Shown one piece after another: positions 63,041 to 64,000 of a stretch of DNA of 64,000 nt. The notes beneath the pieces were generated by a model. The model worked only from the letters and a program-made list of their open reading frames with translations, had not been told where the DNA came from and ran no database searches. The position numbers and the translations under genes are program-made. Origin of the DNA: an uncultured Gammaproteobacteria bacterium (lineage in GTDB: Bacteria > Patescibacteriota > Patescibacteriia > XYB2-FULL-38-15); assembly GCA_965231095.1 (NCBI GenBank), contig OZ246416.1, positions 436,380-500,379 on the forward strand. The letters are read 5' to 3'. Position 1 is the stretch's first letter; every line of letters starts with the position of its first letter.

Positions 63041-64000
63041 TTAGTAAATTCTCGTCAAGACAGTTTCTTCGGCAACAAGCGGCGTGCCCAAAGTATAAGT
63101 GATGCTCGTTGGCACAGAAAGAACATTGGATAACTGGAATTTATTGGCGGTGAAACCGGCCGTAGAAATCAAGCGCTTCTCTGCCCCCTCTACATAATAT
63201 TTATCAGTCGTGCCGGTGTATTGAATCACGGCGCCGGTCGGATGTTTGTCGGTTGTGATATCGCTCCCAAAAGTATAATCAACCCAGAAAACCAGCGGCA
63301 CATCAATTATCTTTGTCGCCCAAGCAGAGCCGTAAAGTGTAGAGGCGCGAGCTTCGGTCGGAACCCAGCGAAGCAAACCACCCGGCTCAACCGCGTAGAC
63401 CTTGGGATCTGTTTGGATTTTTAAAAGTACTGTGCCCGGCCGGACAGTGACGTTATGGCCCAAAGTAATTCCCTGCAATTGCGAGGCGGGAATATTTTTT
63501 ATGCCAGAAAAATCAACATACCAACTCTTGTAGGTTTTTTCATTTGGGAAAAGATGTCGCTTGCCGTCAGAACCGTAATAGTAAACTGAAGTGGAAAGCG
63601 AACTCTTAATCAAATCTCCCACGCTCAAAGAAACCGGAGTTTCCCCAACTGGCGGAGTTTCGCCCGGAGCCGAGAAAACAACGGAAACTGTTTGACTCAA
63701 AACCACGCCCGCGGCGGTGGCCGTATAAGTTGAAGTTCCGGCCGTGCTTGATTTAACTTCAAAAGTGGCTACGCCGTTTGCCCCGGTTGTGCCGGTCACG
63801 GTTGTAATTGTGTCAGAAGATCCGCGAGAAGAAGCAAGAGTTACAACTTTTCCGGAGAGAAGATTGGAACTCGCGTCTTTAACGGTTACTGTAACAGTTG
63901 ATTTGGAGGTGCCATTGGCCACGACCGAGGTTGGCGTAGCGGAAACCGTTGAATTTGCGGTGGAGACAGCCGAGGCGGAATAAGTAATGGAAAAATTCGC
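63041..64000 (-). CDS. Ig-like repeat surface protein with the shared C-terminal domain (paralog 3); N-terminus beyond window end
   Basis: The reading frame stays open from 63922 to 64000 (checked codon by codon, no stop). Big-like segments plus C-terminal YYYGSDGKRHLFPNEKTYKSWY..., ~60% aa identity to paralog 2's C-terminus. Confidence 0.5.
   Translation of the reverse strand, partial: ANFSITYSASAVSTANSTVSATPTSVVANGTSKSTVTVTVKDASSNLLSGKVVTLASSRGSSDTITTVTGTTGANGVATFEVKSSTAGTSTYTATAAGVVLSQTVSVVFSAPGETPPVGETPVSLSVGDLIKSSLSTSVYYYGSDGKRHLFPNEKTYKSWYVDFSGIKNIPASQLQGITLGHNVTVRPGTVLLKIQTDPKVYAVEPGGLLRWVPTEARASTLYGSAWATKIIDVPLVFWVDYTFGSDITTDKHPTGAVIQYTGTTDKYYVEGAEKRLISTAGFTANKFQLSNVLSVPTSITYTLGTPLVAEETVLTRIY

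Noticed and set aside
63744-63983. 79-aa plus-strand ORF at the window end.
   Set aside because: Antisense to the open minus-strand frame of the Ig-like surface protein, which continues past the window end.
1-64000. CRISPR arrays, rRNA genes, transposases, integrases and phage structural genes.
   Set aside because: No regularly spaced 25-40 bp direct repeats were seen. No rRNA-like GC-rich blocks beyond the protein-coding islets. No DDE, tyrosine or serine recombinase motifs were found in any ORF.

Overview
This is a low-GC (~38-42%), gene-dense bacterial segment, almost entirely coded on the minus strand, with short intergenic spacers. Its content and style fit a Patescibacteria/CPR (Parcubacteria-like) genome: a DUF4012 protein, many small hypotheticals, and host genes that mostly lack Shine-Dalgarno sequences, some with TATAAT directly abutting the start codon. 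That taxonomic placement is inference, not a database hit.

Recognisable content:
- Peptidoglycan and division genes: murE-murD, mraY-ftsW-murG (with a NUDIX gene between ftsW and murG), murA, ftsE/ftsX, and an FtsB-like protein.
- Fe-S assembly: iscS, iscU and an Nfu-like protein.
- Housekeeping: pyrG, rpmA, rplI, an RluA-family pseudouridine synthase, an RlmI-like methyltransferase, an S41 C-terminal protease, an M50 site-2 protease, three NUDIX hydrolases and a HIT protein.
- A dTDP-sugar cluster: rmlA-like (long form), rmlD, a FdtA/WxcM-like cupin and rmlB.
- Two glycan-assembly clusters: GT2/GT2/cellulose-synthase-like at 1.2-4.6 kb, and GT4/GT4/GT2/DUF2304/DPM1-like GT2/UXS-like at 48-53.6 kb with a GT-C membrane transferase at 43.9-45.5 kb.
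- An S8 subtilase with FG-GAP repeats, and three tandem paralogous surface proteins (one 1608 aa) that share a C-terminal ~190-aa domain.
- Three tRNAs: Gln-TTG, Gly-CCC and Thr-CGT, plus tRNA-Lys-TTT.

The most unusual signal is five short GC-rich islets (~52-60% GC versus ~40% background). Each encodes a single ORF with its own Shine-Dalgarno sequence (strong AAGGAGG-type on two, weaker purine-rich on the others) and its own rho-independent terminator. One is a GGDEF-domain cyclase sitting immediately after tRNA-Lys, and another interrupts the rml cluster. I also see a dispersed family of short GTAATTRG / TTAAYTG oligo-repeats, one copy of which appears inserted in-frame in murD. No CRISPR array, rRNA, or obvious IS/transposase was seen.
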